Source: Acidimicrobiia bacterium (GTDB taxonomy: Bacteria > Actinomycetota > Acidimicrobiia > Spongiisociales > Spongiisociaceae). Taken from it: a DNA stretch of 64,000 nucleotides. Below are positions 28,194 to 38,034 of this stretch, in pieces; the first letter of the stretch is position 1, and every line of letters starts with the position of its first letter. Made by a program: the position numbers and the translations under genes. The DNA is taken from assembly GCA_041576165.1 (NCBI GenBank), contig JBFGLM010000013.1, forward strand, positions 1 to 64,000. Direction: 5' to 3'. The notes beneath the pieces were generated by a model. It saw only the letters and a list, made by a program, of their open reading frames with translations, was not told the origin of the DNA and searched no databases.

Positions 28194-29615
28194 TCAGCTC
28201 TCCCACTGGGCATCGATGTTCGAGGCAGCTGTCTCTGCGTCGATGTCACCGTTGACGAAGGCCGTGGCCGAACGCCAGAACTCCGCGTTCACCGGCGTGG
28301 GCATGTTGTCGGATCCGTCGAAGCGGAAGATCTCCGCGCCCTGGAGGATGTCCAGGAACGACTGCTCGAGCGGCTCCCACAAGCTCTGGTCGGCCTCGGC
28401 GTGCGGCGACAAGAACCCACTCAGCACCGCCCCACCACCATTAGCGAGCTTCTGGAAACGCTGACGGGAGTTGGCGTAATCACCGGTTGCCATGTACTCC
28501 ATGACCGCGGTGACTTCCGGACGGTCGCTGAATTGCACGGGGTAGACCCCGCCGCCCAGCACGGGCCGGACGTCCGGATCGACCGGCGGGAAGTAGAACA
28601 CATCGACACCGACCACGCCGTCATCGTTGACGTCATCACCGAAATACTGGCCTTCGGGCATGAACGCCGCGAAGAAGTTGGCTTGGCGGTGCATCATGCA
28701 AGTGCCGTCCGCGAGAGGCGGGCCGTTGTCACCAAACAGGGTGGTGGCGATGGAGCCGCCGGCCGCGTATGTACCGCCCGGGGTGTCCCAGAGGTCGCGG
28801 ATCTCGTTGAAGATCTCAACGATGCGCTCGTCGCTGAAGCGGACATCGCCGGTCACCCACTCGTCGTAGATCTCACCGCCATGGAAGCGGAGCAGCAAGT
28901 CCTCGGTCCAGTCCGTGAAGGGCCATCCGGTGGCACCACCACCGGAGTCGATGCCAACGCACCAAGGAGTGTCGCCGTTGGCAATCATGTCGTTGGTGAG
29001 CGTTTTCAGCTCGTCCCACGTCTCCGGAACGGTGTAGCCCTTCTCGGCGAAGGTCGCCGGGCGGTACCACACGATCGATTTCAGGTCGGCCTTGGTCGGG
29101 ATGCCGTACTGAACGCCGTCGACGTTGCCCAAAGACCACAATCCCTCAGGAGTGGTCGACTGCACGGTCGCGGTGAGCTCATCCGAAAGCGGAACCAGCA
29201 CGCCCAGGCGGGCGAAGTCGGCCAGCTTGCCGGGCTGTGGGAGAATCCCGATGTCCGGCGGGTTGCCGCCCTCGACCTGCACGTTGATCTGGTCCGAGAA
29301 GTCGCGGGCGCCCGTGTAGGTGATTGTCATGCCATTGGCGGCCGCAAACAGGTCGAGCGCCGCCTGGAAGGCACCGGCCTCGACGTCGGACGACTCCGGA
29401 CCGAACACGGTCACCGTAGTCCCCGCCAACGGGTTTTCTGCCTCCACCTCAACGGTTTCGGTGATGACCGAGGTCTCCGTAACGATCGACGTCTCGGTCA
29501 CGACTGACGTGACCACCACCGTCTCGGGCGTGCCACCACTATCGTCGCCACACGCGGCCGCGACGATCGCAAGCCCGAGAGTGAGCGCGACCGCCTTCCT
29601 GATACGTCTGTTCAT
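28194..29615 (-). CDS. Sugar ABC transporter substrate-binding lipoprotein (AglE-like)
   Basis: AGGAGG RBS; lipobox AAAC; GNPPDI..PQPG, KSIVWY, WCVGI..ATGWPFTDW, FDGSD. Confidence 0.92.
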   Translation of the reverse strand: MNRRIRKAVALTLGLAIVAAACGDDSGGTPETVVVTSVVTETSIVTETSVITETVEVEAENPLAGTTVTVFGPESSDVEAGAFQAALDLFAAANGMTITYTGARDFSDQINVQVEGGNPPDIGILPQPGKLADFARLGVLVPLSDELTATVQSTTPEGLWSLGNVDGVQYGIPTKADLKSIVWYRPATFAEKGYTVPETWDELKTLTNDMIANGDTPWCVGIDSGGGATGWPFTDWTEDLLLRFHGGEIYDEWVTGDVRFSDERIVEIFNEIRDLWDTPGGTYAAGGSIATTLFGDNGPPLADGTCMMHRQANFFAAFMPEGQYFGDDVNDDGVVGVDVFYFPPVDPDVRPVLGGGVYPVQFSDRPEVTAVMEYMATGDYANSRQRFQKLANGGGAVLSGFLSPHAEADQSLWEPLEQSFLDILQGAEIFRFDGSDNMPTPVNAEFWRSATAFVNGDIDAETAASNIDAQWES

Positions 29616-29844
29616 CCGTCCTCCTGTCTTATCCGCCAAGCCAAACGAGCGGACTATGAGCAGCTCCACTCGCCGATGCAGGTTGGCGGACCGGAGCATA
29701 GCGCCGGAGGGGTGGCGGGACCACAGGGGACGATTGGACTGAGCCGTTGCCGGGCCGATCTTCTGGCCAGATCGGATCGCCCGACCAGATCGCTATCGAA
29801 GGATGCATCTAACGACCGCGGCCGGCCCCAAGGGCTACCGGCTG

Positions 29845-30672
29845 CTATTCACCGGTGAACCTCGGTGACCTGCGTTCGATCTGCGCCGCAACCCCTTCGG
29901 CCAAGTCGGCCGACCGGATGAAGGCCGAATTCCACACCGCCATGTAGTCGAGCGCTTCCGCCGTGGTCCGGCCTTCCCCGGCGTGCAGGACTGCCTTCAA
30001 ACCCTGCACGGCCAGCGGGGAGTTGGCCGCGATCTCGGCGGCCAGCTCGCGAACGGCCTTGTGGAGCGTGTCGAAGTCCGGGTGCACGTCGTTGACGAGA
30101 CCGATCTCTCTGGCGCGGGCTGCGGTGATGTCCTTGCCGGTGTAGAGCAGCTCGGCAGCGTGCCCGGGGGCCAGAATTCGGGGAAGCCGCTGGACCGTGC
30201 CCACGTCGGCGACCATCCCCAGCTTGGTTTCTCGAACCGAGAAGACGGCGTCCTCCGACGCCACCCGGATGTCGCACGCCGTGATCAGATCTACCGCGCC
30301 TCCCAAGCAGTAACCGTGGATCGCGGCGATCACCGGCTTCGGACAGCGTTCGGCCGCGGTCATCGTGGCCTGCATCCGCTTGAGCGCTCGATAGAACGTC
30401 ATGTTCTTGGCAGCCGGAGACGTTGACGGACCCTCAGCTGAAATCCCCAAATCGCCGAACAACGCAAGGTCGATGCCAACCGAGAATGCCCGACCACGGC
30501 CCGCAACTACGACCACGCGTACGTCGCCGTCGTCGCCAAGTGACTCCATGACCCTAGGAAAGTCCTCCCAGAAAGGGAGATTCATGGCGTTCAGTTTCTC
30601 GGCTCGATCGAGCCACACCGTCGCCACATGGTCCGAGACCTCGATATCCAGCACGTCAGACGTAAAAGCCAT
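29845..30672 (-). CDS. Crotonase / enoyl-CoA hydratase family protein
   Basis: AFSVGIDL, KPVIAAIHGYCLGG, CDIR, ADVGTVQRLP. Confidence 0.92.
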   Translation of the reverse strand: MAFTSDVLDIEVSDHVATVWLDRAEKLNAMNLPFWEDFPRVMESLGDDGDVRVVVVAGRGRAFSVGIDLALFGDLGISAEGPSTSPAAKNMTFYRALKRMQATMTAAERCPKPVIAAIHGYCLGGAVDLITACDIRVASEDAVFSVRETKLGMVADVGTVQRLPRILAPGHAAELLYTGKDITAARAREIGLVNDVHPDFDTLHKAVRELAAEIAANSPLAVQGLKAVLHAGEGRTTAEALDYMAVWNSAFIRSADLAEGVAAQIERRSPRFTGE

Positions 30673-30750
30673 GCGGCAAGCGTAGATCGGCGGCCGCTCC
30701 TGGGTCGCTTCAGTTCGCCATCCCGGCGGCCACGGTGCCGCTCGCCGGGC

Positions 30751-31416
30751 TCACGCAATCTCGGTGATGAGCTCTTCGAAACGGGCGTTGATGGCATCCG
30801 CTCGGCGGCGGTACGCGGCGATGGCTGCAACCCCGATTCCTGCCCAAGCCACGATGGCGGGCACGAGGCTCCCTGGCCCGAGCACCAGCCACACGAGGGC
30901 TGAGCCCCCGCCGGCCCATGTCCCGTACCCGGCGGCCTTGGGCCGCAGATCGGCCTGGACCCGGACCTGGGTGTAGGCCGACGACCGGGCTCGGACCCCT
31001 GTCATGACATGGATCTCCGATCCGAGCCGTTGCAGGTCGGGCCACCAGTCACGTCGCTGCGTCCAGCACCCGAAGGCGTGCATCGGGCAACGATCCATGA
31101 GCCGTTTGCGCAGCGCCTCATCGAGGCGGCGAGCCACGATCGGCGCCGGGAGCGCCAGTATGGCCTCCGCGGTAACACGGCCAGCCTGCACCGACGTGGT
31201 CGGCGAATCGAGCTCCCGTAGGGCCCGATGGATCACGCGGTCCTCGATGCCCAACTCCCTTCCCAGCGCGAGAGCGTCGAGGGCTGAGTAGACGCCCCCC
31301 TCGTCTTCGTCCGTGAGAGACGTTGCTCGCTCCAGCACCCATTGGAGCTGCCGGTAGCTGAGCCGGCGGCTTCCGTCTCTGCTCACAGCGGCCGGTTGTT
31401 CAACCTGGTCACCCAT
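30751..31416 (-). CDS. Hypothetical protein with two C-terminal transmembrane helices
   Basis: Fills the gap; TAACTT-N6-ATG; hydrophobic C-terminus. Confidence 0.7.
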   Translation of the reverse strand: MGDQVEQPAAVSRDGSRRLSYRQLQWVLERATSLTDEDEGGVYSALDALALGRELGIEDRVIHRALRELDSPTTSVQAGRVTAEAILALPAPIVARRLDEALRKRLMDRCPMHAFGCWTQRRDWWPDLQRLGSEIHVMTGVRARSSAYTQVRVQADLRPKAAGYGTWAGGGSALVWLVLGPGSLVPAIVAWAGIGVAAIAAYRRRADAINARFEELITEIA

Positions 31417-31492
31417 GTTGTGAAGTTATCACCAGCAGCCCGATATGCGCGAGTGACTCGCGGCCCGGGCGGATCGGGTCTTGAATGTGGTG

Positions 31493-32560
31493 ATGCGCAA
31501 ACTGGTGCCTGTGATTCTCTCTGGTGGGATCGGTTCACGATTGTGGCCCGAATCGCGCCGAGCCCGGCCCAAACAGCTTTCGCGCCTGGTGGGCCCGACC
31601 AGCTTGCTCCAGCTCACCGTCGAACGGGTGGCGCACATCCCAGGGGCGGCGCCGCCGCTGATCGTCTGCGGCGAGGCGCATGTGGCTGTAATCCGCGAGC
31701 AGCTAGCTGAGATCGGCGAATCGGCGGGCATGACAATCGTGGAACCGTTCGGGCGCAGCACCGCACCGGCGGCCGCGGCGGCCGCCCTCGTGTCACAGCC
31801 CGACGATGTTCTGCTGATCGCGCCGGCCGATCACATCGTGCGGGACACGGACGCCTTCGTCGCAGCCGTCGAGAAAGCTGCGCAGGTGGCCGCGGCAGGA
31901 TGGCTCGTGACATTCGGCGTAGCGCCCACCGCCCCGGAAGCGGGTTTCGGATACATCGAGCACGGCGACGAAATCGAAGGGCATTCGGGTGCTCGGATCG
32001 TGGCCCGGTTTGTCGAGAAGCCGGACCTGGCGACTGCAATCAGGTTCGGAAAGACCGCACGCCACTGGTGGAACAGCGGCATGTTCGTCTTCGGCGCAAG
32101 CACCTACCTCTCCGAATTGGAAACCTTCGCCCCGGAGATCCTCTCTCATACCCGCCGAGCCGTTGACGCAGCAACGGCTACGGCCGGGGAAGTGACGCTG
32201 GACCGGGCGGAATTCGCGGCCTGCCCGCAAGATTCAATCGATTACGCCGTTCTGGAACACACCGCCCGGGCGGCGATGGTTCCGCTCGACGCCGGATGGA
32301 GCGATGTCGGCTCGTGGGACGCGCTATGGGAGATCGGGACCAAGGATGAGAACGGCAACGTGACGAGCGGACCGGTCTACCTCGACGACACCACCAACTC
32401 GTACGTCCGTGCCGCCAGCCGGGCGGTCGCGGTGAGCGGGTTAGATGGCGTCGTCGTGGTCGAAACGGCCGACGCGGTCCTCATTGTGCATCGGCAGAAA
32501 TCCCAGGCCGTCAGGAGCCTCGTCGAGCGACTCGCAGAGGAGAATCCTGACCTGGTCTGA
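31493..32560 (+). CDS. manC: Mannose-1-phosphate guanylyltransferase (no cupin domain)
   Basis: VILSGGIGSRLWPESR..PKQ, EPFGRSTAPA, FVEKP, WNSGMF, SIDYAV, WSDVGSW. Confidence 0.92.
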   Translation: MRKLVPVILSGGIGSRLWPESRRARPKQLSRLVGPTSLLQLTVERVAHIPGAAPPLIVCGEAHVAVIREQLAEIGESAGMTIVEPFGRSTAPAAAAAALVSQPDDVLLIAPADHIVRDTDAFVAAVEKAAQVAAAGWLVTFGVAPTAPEAGFGYIEHGDEIEGHSGARIVARFVEKPDLATAIRFGKTARHWWNSGMFVFGASTYLSELETFAPEILSHTRRAVDAATATAGEVTLDRAEFAACPQDSIDYAVLEHTARAAMVPLDAGWSDVGSWDALWEIGTKDENGNVTSGPVYLDDTTNSYVRAASRAVAVSGLDGVVVVETADAVLIVHRQKSQAVRSLVERLAEENPDLV

Positions 32561-32600
32561 ATGCAAGGCTCCGGCTACTCGCCCCCTGGGCGATGCTGCA

Positions 32601-34001
32601 TCAACGAACCGGGACGACCTTGGATACGGTCCCTTCGAAGGTGACGATGTAGATCTCCCCCGCACCGTCGATCCCCATGCCGTTCACCTGGCCGGCGTCG
32701 TCGAACCAGCGGTTCTCTTCGACGACAGCGCCATCACGGTAAAGCACGCTCTTCACCCATTTGTTGCACCAATCCGCGAAGAAGTACTGACCGTGCAGTT
32801 CCGGTATCGCCTGACCGCGATAGACCACCCCACCCGTAACCGAACAGCCCTCATCCGGGTCGTCCAGGTTGTGGCCGTATTCCACGATGGGCAGCACGTA
32901 GTTGCTCGGGTCACAGCCTGATTCGAAGAAACAGCGGGTGCCCTCGACATTGGCCCATCCGAAGTTGTATCCACCTCCGGCGGTCGAAACGACGCTCACT
33001 TCCTCACGGTCGCCCTGCCCCACGTCGGCCACGTAGAGCAATTCCTCCACCGGATCGATGTCGAAGCGCCATGGGTTACGCAGACCATAGGCCCACACTT
33101 CCTCGGCACCGCCCCCGCTCACGAACGGGTTGTCGGCCGGAATCGCGTACGGGTCTCCCCCATCCACGTCCAGCCGCAGAATGGCCGCATAGAACGAGCC
33201 CGAGTTCTGACCCTGACCGCGGGCGTCCGCCCCGTCGCCCAGCGAGACATACAGGTACCCATCTGGGCCGAACTGGAGCATGCCGCCGTAGTGCCGGATG
33301 TCGGTGGAGTCAGGCGGCTGGGGCAGACTGAACAGCACCTTTTCGGAGTTGGGGTCACCTCCGCCTTCGTCGCCGGAGAACTCGGAGAGGGTGCGGCGCC
33401 CGTCTCGGTTCGTGTAGTAGACAAACAGGCGTCCGTTCGTCTCGTATGCGGGATGGAACGCCAATCCGAGCAGCCCCTGCTCGATCCCGTTGGCCAGTAC
33501 CCGATCGGCCAGGTTGAGCCACGACTCCTCGACCAACCCGCCGGCGTCGATCACACGGATACGCCCTAGTCGCTCCGCCACGAACTGGCGCGACTCGCCC
33601 GGGGGCGTGACGAGGATGGTCGGCTGCTGCAGGCCGTCGGTTATCAATTGCAGCTCAATCCCCTGCAGCGGTTCTTCGGGCAAGGTGACCGTCGTGGTGG
33701 CCTCCGTTGCTGTCGCCGGCGTCGCCGTCGTGCCGTCGGCTTCTCCGCCAGGCGCAGTCTCCTCCCCCTCCACCGCCGCGCCGGCGACGTCGCCGGTCGT
33801 CGCCGCAGTCGCAGCCGGCTCCTCGCCTGCTTCGGCCGAAGTGTCACCTTCCACGATGGCATCGCCCTGGTTGAACGCCACCGCCCAGATCGATCCGATG
33901 ACGAGCACGACGACCATGGCCCCAACCATGGTTCGGAGGTTTGGACCGGGCGCACGGGATGGCTCAGGCGGTAGCACGGGAGGCGAGTGTACTGTGGTCA
34001 C
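32601..34001 (-). CDS. Membrane-anchored PQQ-dependent sugar (glucose/sorbosone) dehydrogenase family protein
   Basis: EQGLLGLAFHP, HYGG..FGPDG.LY..GDG, YGLRNPWR; N-terminal TM helix and Thr/Ala linker. Confidence 0.9.
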   Translation of the reverse strand: MTTVHSPPVLPPEPSRAPGPNLRTMVGAMVVVLVIGSIWAVAFNQGDAIVEGDTSAEAGEEPAATAATTGDVAGAAVEGEETAPGGEADGTTATPATATEATTTVTLPEEPLQGIELQLITDGLQQPTILVTPPGESRQFVAERLGRIRVIDAGGLVEESWLNLADRVLANGIEQGLLGLAFHPAYETNGRLFVYYTNRDGRRTLSEFSGDEGGGDPNSEKVLFSLPQPPDSTDIRHYGGMLQFGPDGYLYVSLGDGADARGQGQNSGSFYAAILRLDVDGGDPYAIPADNPFVSGGGAEEVWAYGLRNPWRFDIDPVEELLYVADVGQGDREEVSVVSTAGGGYNFGWANVEGTRCFFESGCDPSNYVLPIVEYGHNLDDPDEGCSVTGGVVYRGQAIPELHGQYFFADWCNKWVKSVLYRDGAVVEENRWFDDAGQVNGMGIDGAGEIYIVTFEGTVSKVVPVR

Positions 34002-34070
34002 GAGACATCCTGTCGCCGTCCCTCAGGGCACTTTTGGGCTGTCCTGGGGGGCCGGTCTACGCTCACGCCG

Positions 34071-34478
34071 ATGTCACGCACGATGTTGCTCTCCGCCATC
34101 GCCGCCACCACCCTGTTCGTGTCGTCCTGCGGCGGTGACGGCGAATCGACCCAGGCAGTCATGACAGAGTTTGCGTTCGCCCCGACCACCTGGACAGTGC
34201 CGGCCGGCACGGAGGTGACCGTTGAATTGGTGAACAACGGTACCGTCGAACACAACTGGGCCGTGTTGACAGCCGGCTCCGAGATCAGCAGCGAAGGGGA
34301 CCTGCCCCAAGACCCAGCGGCGCGCGACGCGCTGTATCTGGTCAAAGGATCGGCCGCACCCGGCGAGACGACCTCGATCACATTCACGGCCCCCGATCCC
34401 GGCGAATATCAGGTGATCTGCGACATCCAGGCGCACTTCAGCGCCGGCATGCGCGGGACCCTGATCGTCGACGGTTGA
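34071..34478 (+). CDS. Blue-copper (cupredoxin, azurin/auracyanin-like) lipoprotein
   Basis: Lipobox VSSC; type-1 Cu ligands HN...CDIQAH...GM. Confidence 0.88.
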   Translation: MSRTMLLSAIAATTLFVSSCGGDGESTQAVMTEFAFAPTTWTVPAGTEVTVELVNNGTVEHNWAVLTAGSEISSEGDLPQDPAARDALYLVKGSAAPGETTSITFTAPDPGEYQVICDIQAHFSAGMRGTLIVDG

Positions 34479-34496
34479 CCAGCACCCCGGAGGTCT

Positions 34497-35603
34497 TCAA
34501 GTAAGGGGCAGCTCGACCCGCACCGTCGTGCCGCGGCCGACCGCCGTCTGCACCTCGAACGTGCCGCCGAACTCCTCCGCCCGGACACGGAGGTTCTCGA
34601 GCCCCATCCCCCGTTCCACCGATGCCGGATCGAATCCAACCCCGTTGTCTGCCACCTGCACCACGACGCTCTTTCCGTCCGACAGCACGTTCACCGCAAT
34701 CTCGTCGGTGTCGGCGTGCCGTAATGCGTTGCTGGTGCTCTCCTTCACGATGTGGAATAGGGCGGCGGTCGCGGCGTCGTTCAGCATGTTGAGATCACCG
34801 GCCACGCTCACCTCCGGCGTGCATCCATAGGGTTCACCAAGTTCCTCTACCAGTTCGATCAGCTCTCCCTCGATGTCCCGCACGTCGGGCATCCGCCGAA
34901 GATCGAAAATGAAGCGGCGCAGCGCAGCGATCGACGCATCCAGCCGGCGAACCGAGGCTTCGATGTCCGCGCGGACCTCGGAGTCGCCGGTCCGCAGGCT
35001 CAGGCCCTGCAATGACAGGCCTACTGCAAAGAGATCTTGAATGATCTCATCATGTACGTCGCGCGCAATCCGCTCCCGGTCTTCCACGACGGCGAGGCGC
35101 CGGAGTCGATCCTGGAGCTGCATGGTCGACACAGCGGCACCTCCCACCAGCGCCAGTGCCTCCACCATCGTTTCGTCCTGCTCGACGAAGCCGCCCGGCT
35201 TGTTGGTCAGATACAGGTTGCCGAAGACCCGATCCCCGGCGCGCACGGGGACACCGAGAAACGTGTCCATCGGCGGATGGTTTTCCGGGAAACCCACCGA
35301 ATCCGAATGATCCCGGATGCGGTCGATTCGCACGGTCTTGCCGATGCGGGTGATCGTTCCCAGCACCCCGTGACCCCGCGGGGGCGGTCCGATGCGTGCG
35401 GCGGTCTCGTGGTCGATGCCACTCCACAGGAACTCGACCAACGTTCCGTGCGAGCCGAGGATGCCGAGCGCGCCATAGCCTGCCCCCGTCAGCTCGATGG
35501 CGGTCTCAACAATGGTTCGTAGCAGTGCCCTGAGGTCGCCTTGCCCGGCCACCTGGGCAGCGGCGTCGAAGAGCTTGGAGAGGCGCTCGGTGGCCATTTG
35601 CAT
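34497..35603 (-). CDS. GAF-domain sensor histidine kinase, DevS/DosT-like
   Basis: GFPENHPPMDTFLG (heme-His region of DosS GAF-A), ERIARDVHD, DNGVGF, GMGL. Confidence 0.9.
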   Translation of the reverse strand: MQMATERLSKLFDAAAQVAGQGDLRALLRTIVETAIELTGAGYGALGILGSHGTLVEFLWSGIDHETAARIGPPPRGHGVLGTITRIGKTVRIDRIRDHSDSVGFPENHPPMDTFLGVPVRAGDRVFGNLYLTNKPGGFVEQDETMVEALALVGGAAVSTMQLQDRLRRLAVVEDRERIARDVHDEIIQDLFAVGLSLQGLSLRTGDSEVRADIEASVRRLDASIAALRRFIFDLRRMPDVRDIEGELIELVEELGEPYGCTPEVSVAGDLNMLNDAATAALFHIVKESTSNALRHADTDEIAVNVLSDGKSVVVQVADNGVGFDPASVERGMGLENLRVRAEEFGGTFEVQTAVGRGTTVRVELPLT

Positions 35604-35649
35604 ACTGCGAGATTAGAAGCCATCGGGAAAAGCGGCTAACTCGCGGGCC

Positions 35650-35685
35650 GGGTACACAGTCCCAGCAAACGGGGACGCAAGGCCC
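35650..35685. promoter_or_regulatory. Tandem DosR/DevR-type boxes between the kinase and the regulator
   Basis: GGGTACACAGTCCC (35650-35663) and GGGACGCAAGGCCC (35672-35685), 22 bp apart. Confidence 0.7.
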
Positions 35686-35720
35686 ACGAACTCCTCAGCC
35701 ACGACGGGTAACTTGTTTCC

Positions 35721-36395
35721 ATGACGCGGATTCTCCTGGTTGATGATCACGAGGTGGTTCGCCAGGGCCTCAGAAGCCTGATCGACCAGGAGGTCGACCT
35801 TCAAGTGGTGGGTGAAGCCGGCACGGCGGCCGAGGCGCTGCGCCGGGCCGGGTACGACAGCCCAGATGTGGTGGTTCTCGATGTTCGATTACCAGACGGT
35901 TCGGGAGTCGAGGTGTGCCGGGACCTGCGCCTCCGCTTTCCCAACCTGAGGATCATGATGTTGACCAGCCACTCCGATGGCGAGGCGCTCCGAGCGGCCG
36001 TGCAGGCCGGGGCCGACGGCTTTGTCCTCAAGCAGGTAGACCTTGCCTACATCATTGAGAGCATCCGCCGCGTCGCTGCCGGAGAACCGATCATCGACCC
36101 CTCACTGTCGCGGGAGGTCGTTCGATTCATGCGAGGCGAGACCGATGAGGACCCCACCCTGGCCTCGATGACCGAACAGGAGCGAACCATCCTCAACCTG
36201 CTGGGAGACGGGTTATCGAACCGGGAGATCGCCGATCAGGTCTACCTGGCGGAGAAGACCGTCAAGAATTATGTTTCTCGCATTCTGGCCAAGCTGGGGA
36301 TGTCGACCCGCAGTGAAGCGGCCGCCTTCGTGGCCCGCCAGCGGGCCGGAGCCGGGCGGGCCGGCGATCCCGAAGAGTGGAGCAGCACGGTTTGA
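35721..36395 (+). CDS. NarL/LuxR response regulator, DevR/DosR-like
   Basis: VDDHEVVR, LDVRLPDG, LAEKTVKNYVS. Confidence 0.92.
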   Translation: MTRILLVDDHEVVRQGLRSLIDQEVDLQVVGEAGTAAEALRRAGYDSPDVVVLDVRLPDGSGVEVCRDLRLRFPNLRIMMLTSHSDGEALRAAVQAGADGFVLKQVDLAYIIESIRRVAAGEPIIDPSLSREVVRFMRGETDEDPTLASMTEQERTILNLLGDGLSNREIADQVYLAEKTVKNYVSRILAKLGMSTRSEAAAFVARQRAGAGRAGDPEEWSSTV

Positions 36396-36817
36396 TCGTT
36401 CTCGGTGCGGTTGATGGGTCGGAGCACACCGACATAGTTGTGCGCCAGGCGGTGCGGTTCGCCAAGCTCATGGACGCCGACCTCCACCTCCTGCATGTCG
36501 TGCACCTCACAGGGCTCTACTACTCGGCACTGGCAGGCGTGCTGATCGACGAGACCGAATTGGAGCAGCGGCTCGTGGCTTCGGTTTGGGAGCGCGTTGA
36601 GCCGTTGATCGAATCGCTGGATGGGCTGACGGTCACCACAGTCAGCCGCAGCGGGTACGCCGCCAACGCCATCACAGATTACGCCGACGAGGTCGATGCC
36701 GAACTCATCGTGATAGGTTCGCGCGGGTGGGGAGCTGTCAAGGCGGCCGTCCTGGGCAGCACCAGCCAGCGGGTGCTCCACGAAACCGACCGCAACGTGC
36801 TGGTGGTGAGCGTCTGA
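36377..36817 (+). CDS. Universal stress protein
   Basis: AVDGS, IVIGSRG...LGSTSQRVL. Confidence 0.92.
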   Translation: MEQHGLIVLGAVDGSEHTDIVVRQAVRFAKLMDADLHLLHVVHLTGLYYSALAGVLIDETELEQRLVASVWERVEPLIESLDGLTVTTVSRSGYAANAITDYADEVDAELIVIGSRGWGAVKAAVLGSTSQRVLHETDRNVLVVSV

Positions 36818-36848
36818 GCGGTCGGGTGCCGGACCGTCGTGTGCCCCA

Positions 36849-37292
36849 TCACCGGGCAAGAGGGGTGCCACCGGCGTCGAAGGGGCCGGCTCCGCGACCG
36901 GTCAGCTCAACAATCTCCACCGTCACGACCACCTCGTCATCCGCGGCGCGTCCGACGAAGGCGCCCACCGTGGGGCCATATTTGCGCAGGATCGCTGCCA
37001 GGATCTGCTGCATGTGGGGACCGCCGCTCACCCGATGGGCCGTACCACGGGCAATGACGCATTTCCATTCGCCCGTATCGAGGTTGTGGCGGCTCACCTC
37101 GATACACACTCGCGGATCCCGGTCGATAGCCGCGAGGCGCGTGCCGGTCCGCGTTCGAAACGCAAGATGATCACCCGAGAACACGTACGCCACCGGCGTC
37201 ACATATGGCCCCCGATCGGTCGACACTGCCACGTGTGCGACGTGCTCGGTCTGCAGAAGCTCCAGGCAGGTCTCGAACGACAATTCCTCCAT
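36849..37292 (-). CDS. Pyridoxamine 5'-phosphate oxidase-like (split-barrel flavin-binding) protein
   Basis: EELS..C..LL, PYVTPVAY, FRT..G.R, PRVCIEV, WKCVIARG. Confidence 0.85.
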   Translation of the reverse strand: MEELSFETCLELLQTEHVAHVAVSTDRGPYVTPVAYVFSGDHLAFRTRTGTRLAAIDRDPRVCIEVSRHNLDTGEWKCVIARGTAHRVSGGPHMQQILAAILRKYGPTVGAFVGRAADDEVVVTVEIVELTGRGAGPFDAGGTPLAR

Positions 37293-37328
37293 GAGTCGAT
37301 GATGCGCCAATCACACGACCGGGTGCAT

Positions 37329-37364
37329 CGGACCGATTGCCCTGTCGACCGGGTCTTCGGTCCC
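37329..37364. promoter_or_regulatory. Tandem DosR/DevR-type boxes
   Basis: CGGACCGATTGCCC (37329-37342) and GGGTCTTCGGTCCC (37351-37364), 22 bp apart. Confidence 0.7.
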
Positions 37365-37383
37365 GGCAGGTAGCCTGGCGGCT

Positions 37384-38025
37384 GTGACCAAGCAACTTCG
37401 TATCCAGGTCGTCGACGACCATGACGTCGTTCGCGCCGGAGTCATCTCCTTCCTCAACGGTCATGACGACCTCACAGTCGTGGGGGATGCGGCCAACGGC
37501 AAAGAAGCGCTTGCCCTGGTCGAGGCGCTGGAACCTGATGTGGTAGTGCTCGACGTCCGGCTGGGCGACGATGACGGAATCGATGTCTGCCGTGAAATCA
37601 AGGCCGCACGACCAGAAACGGTGGTGCTGATGTTTACGTCTTTTGCGGACGCCGACGCCCTCGAAGCGGCGATGCTCGCGGGCGCCAACGGTTACCTGCT
37701 CAAACGCATTTCGATGGATGACCTCGTCGACGGCATCCGACGAGCTGCGGCCGGCGAGACCCTGCTCGAGCAGGAGGCCAGCGACCTGCTTTCACGGCGG
37801 ATGCGCGGCGACACTTCCGCCGACCCGCGCCTCGCCAAGCTGTCGCCCCAGGAGCGGACGGTATTGCGGCTCATCGCCGAGGGCCGGACCAATCGCCAGA
37901 TCGCCGAGGAGATGTCCCTGGCTGAAAAGACTGTGAAGAACTACGTGTCGAATTTGCTCCGCAAGCTGGACATGCGCCGCAGATCAGAGGCCGCGGCCTT
38001 TCGGGCCAGCCTTCCAGAGTCCTAG
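37384..38025 (+). CDS. Second DevR/DosR-like response regulator
   Basis: VDDHDVVR, LDVRL, LAEKTVKNYVS. Confidence 0.92.
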   Translation: MTKQLRIQVVDDHDVVRAGVISFLNGHDDLTVVGDAANGKEALALVEALEPDVVVLDVRLGDDDGIDVCREIKAARPETVVLMFTSFADADALEAAMLAGANGYLLKRISMDDLVDGIRRAAAGETLLEQEASDLLSRRMRGDTSADPRLAKLSPQERTVLRLIAEGRTNRQIAEEMSLAEKTVKNYVSNLLRKLDMRRRSEAAAFRASLPES

Positions 38026-38034
38026 TCGACCGCG

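Noticed and set aside
29440-29530. Repetitive ETSIVT/ETSVIT-coding sequence
   Set aside because: Ordinary low-complexity lipoprotein linker, not a DNA repeat array
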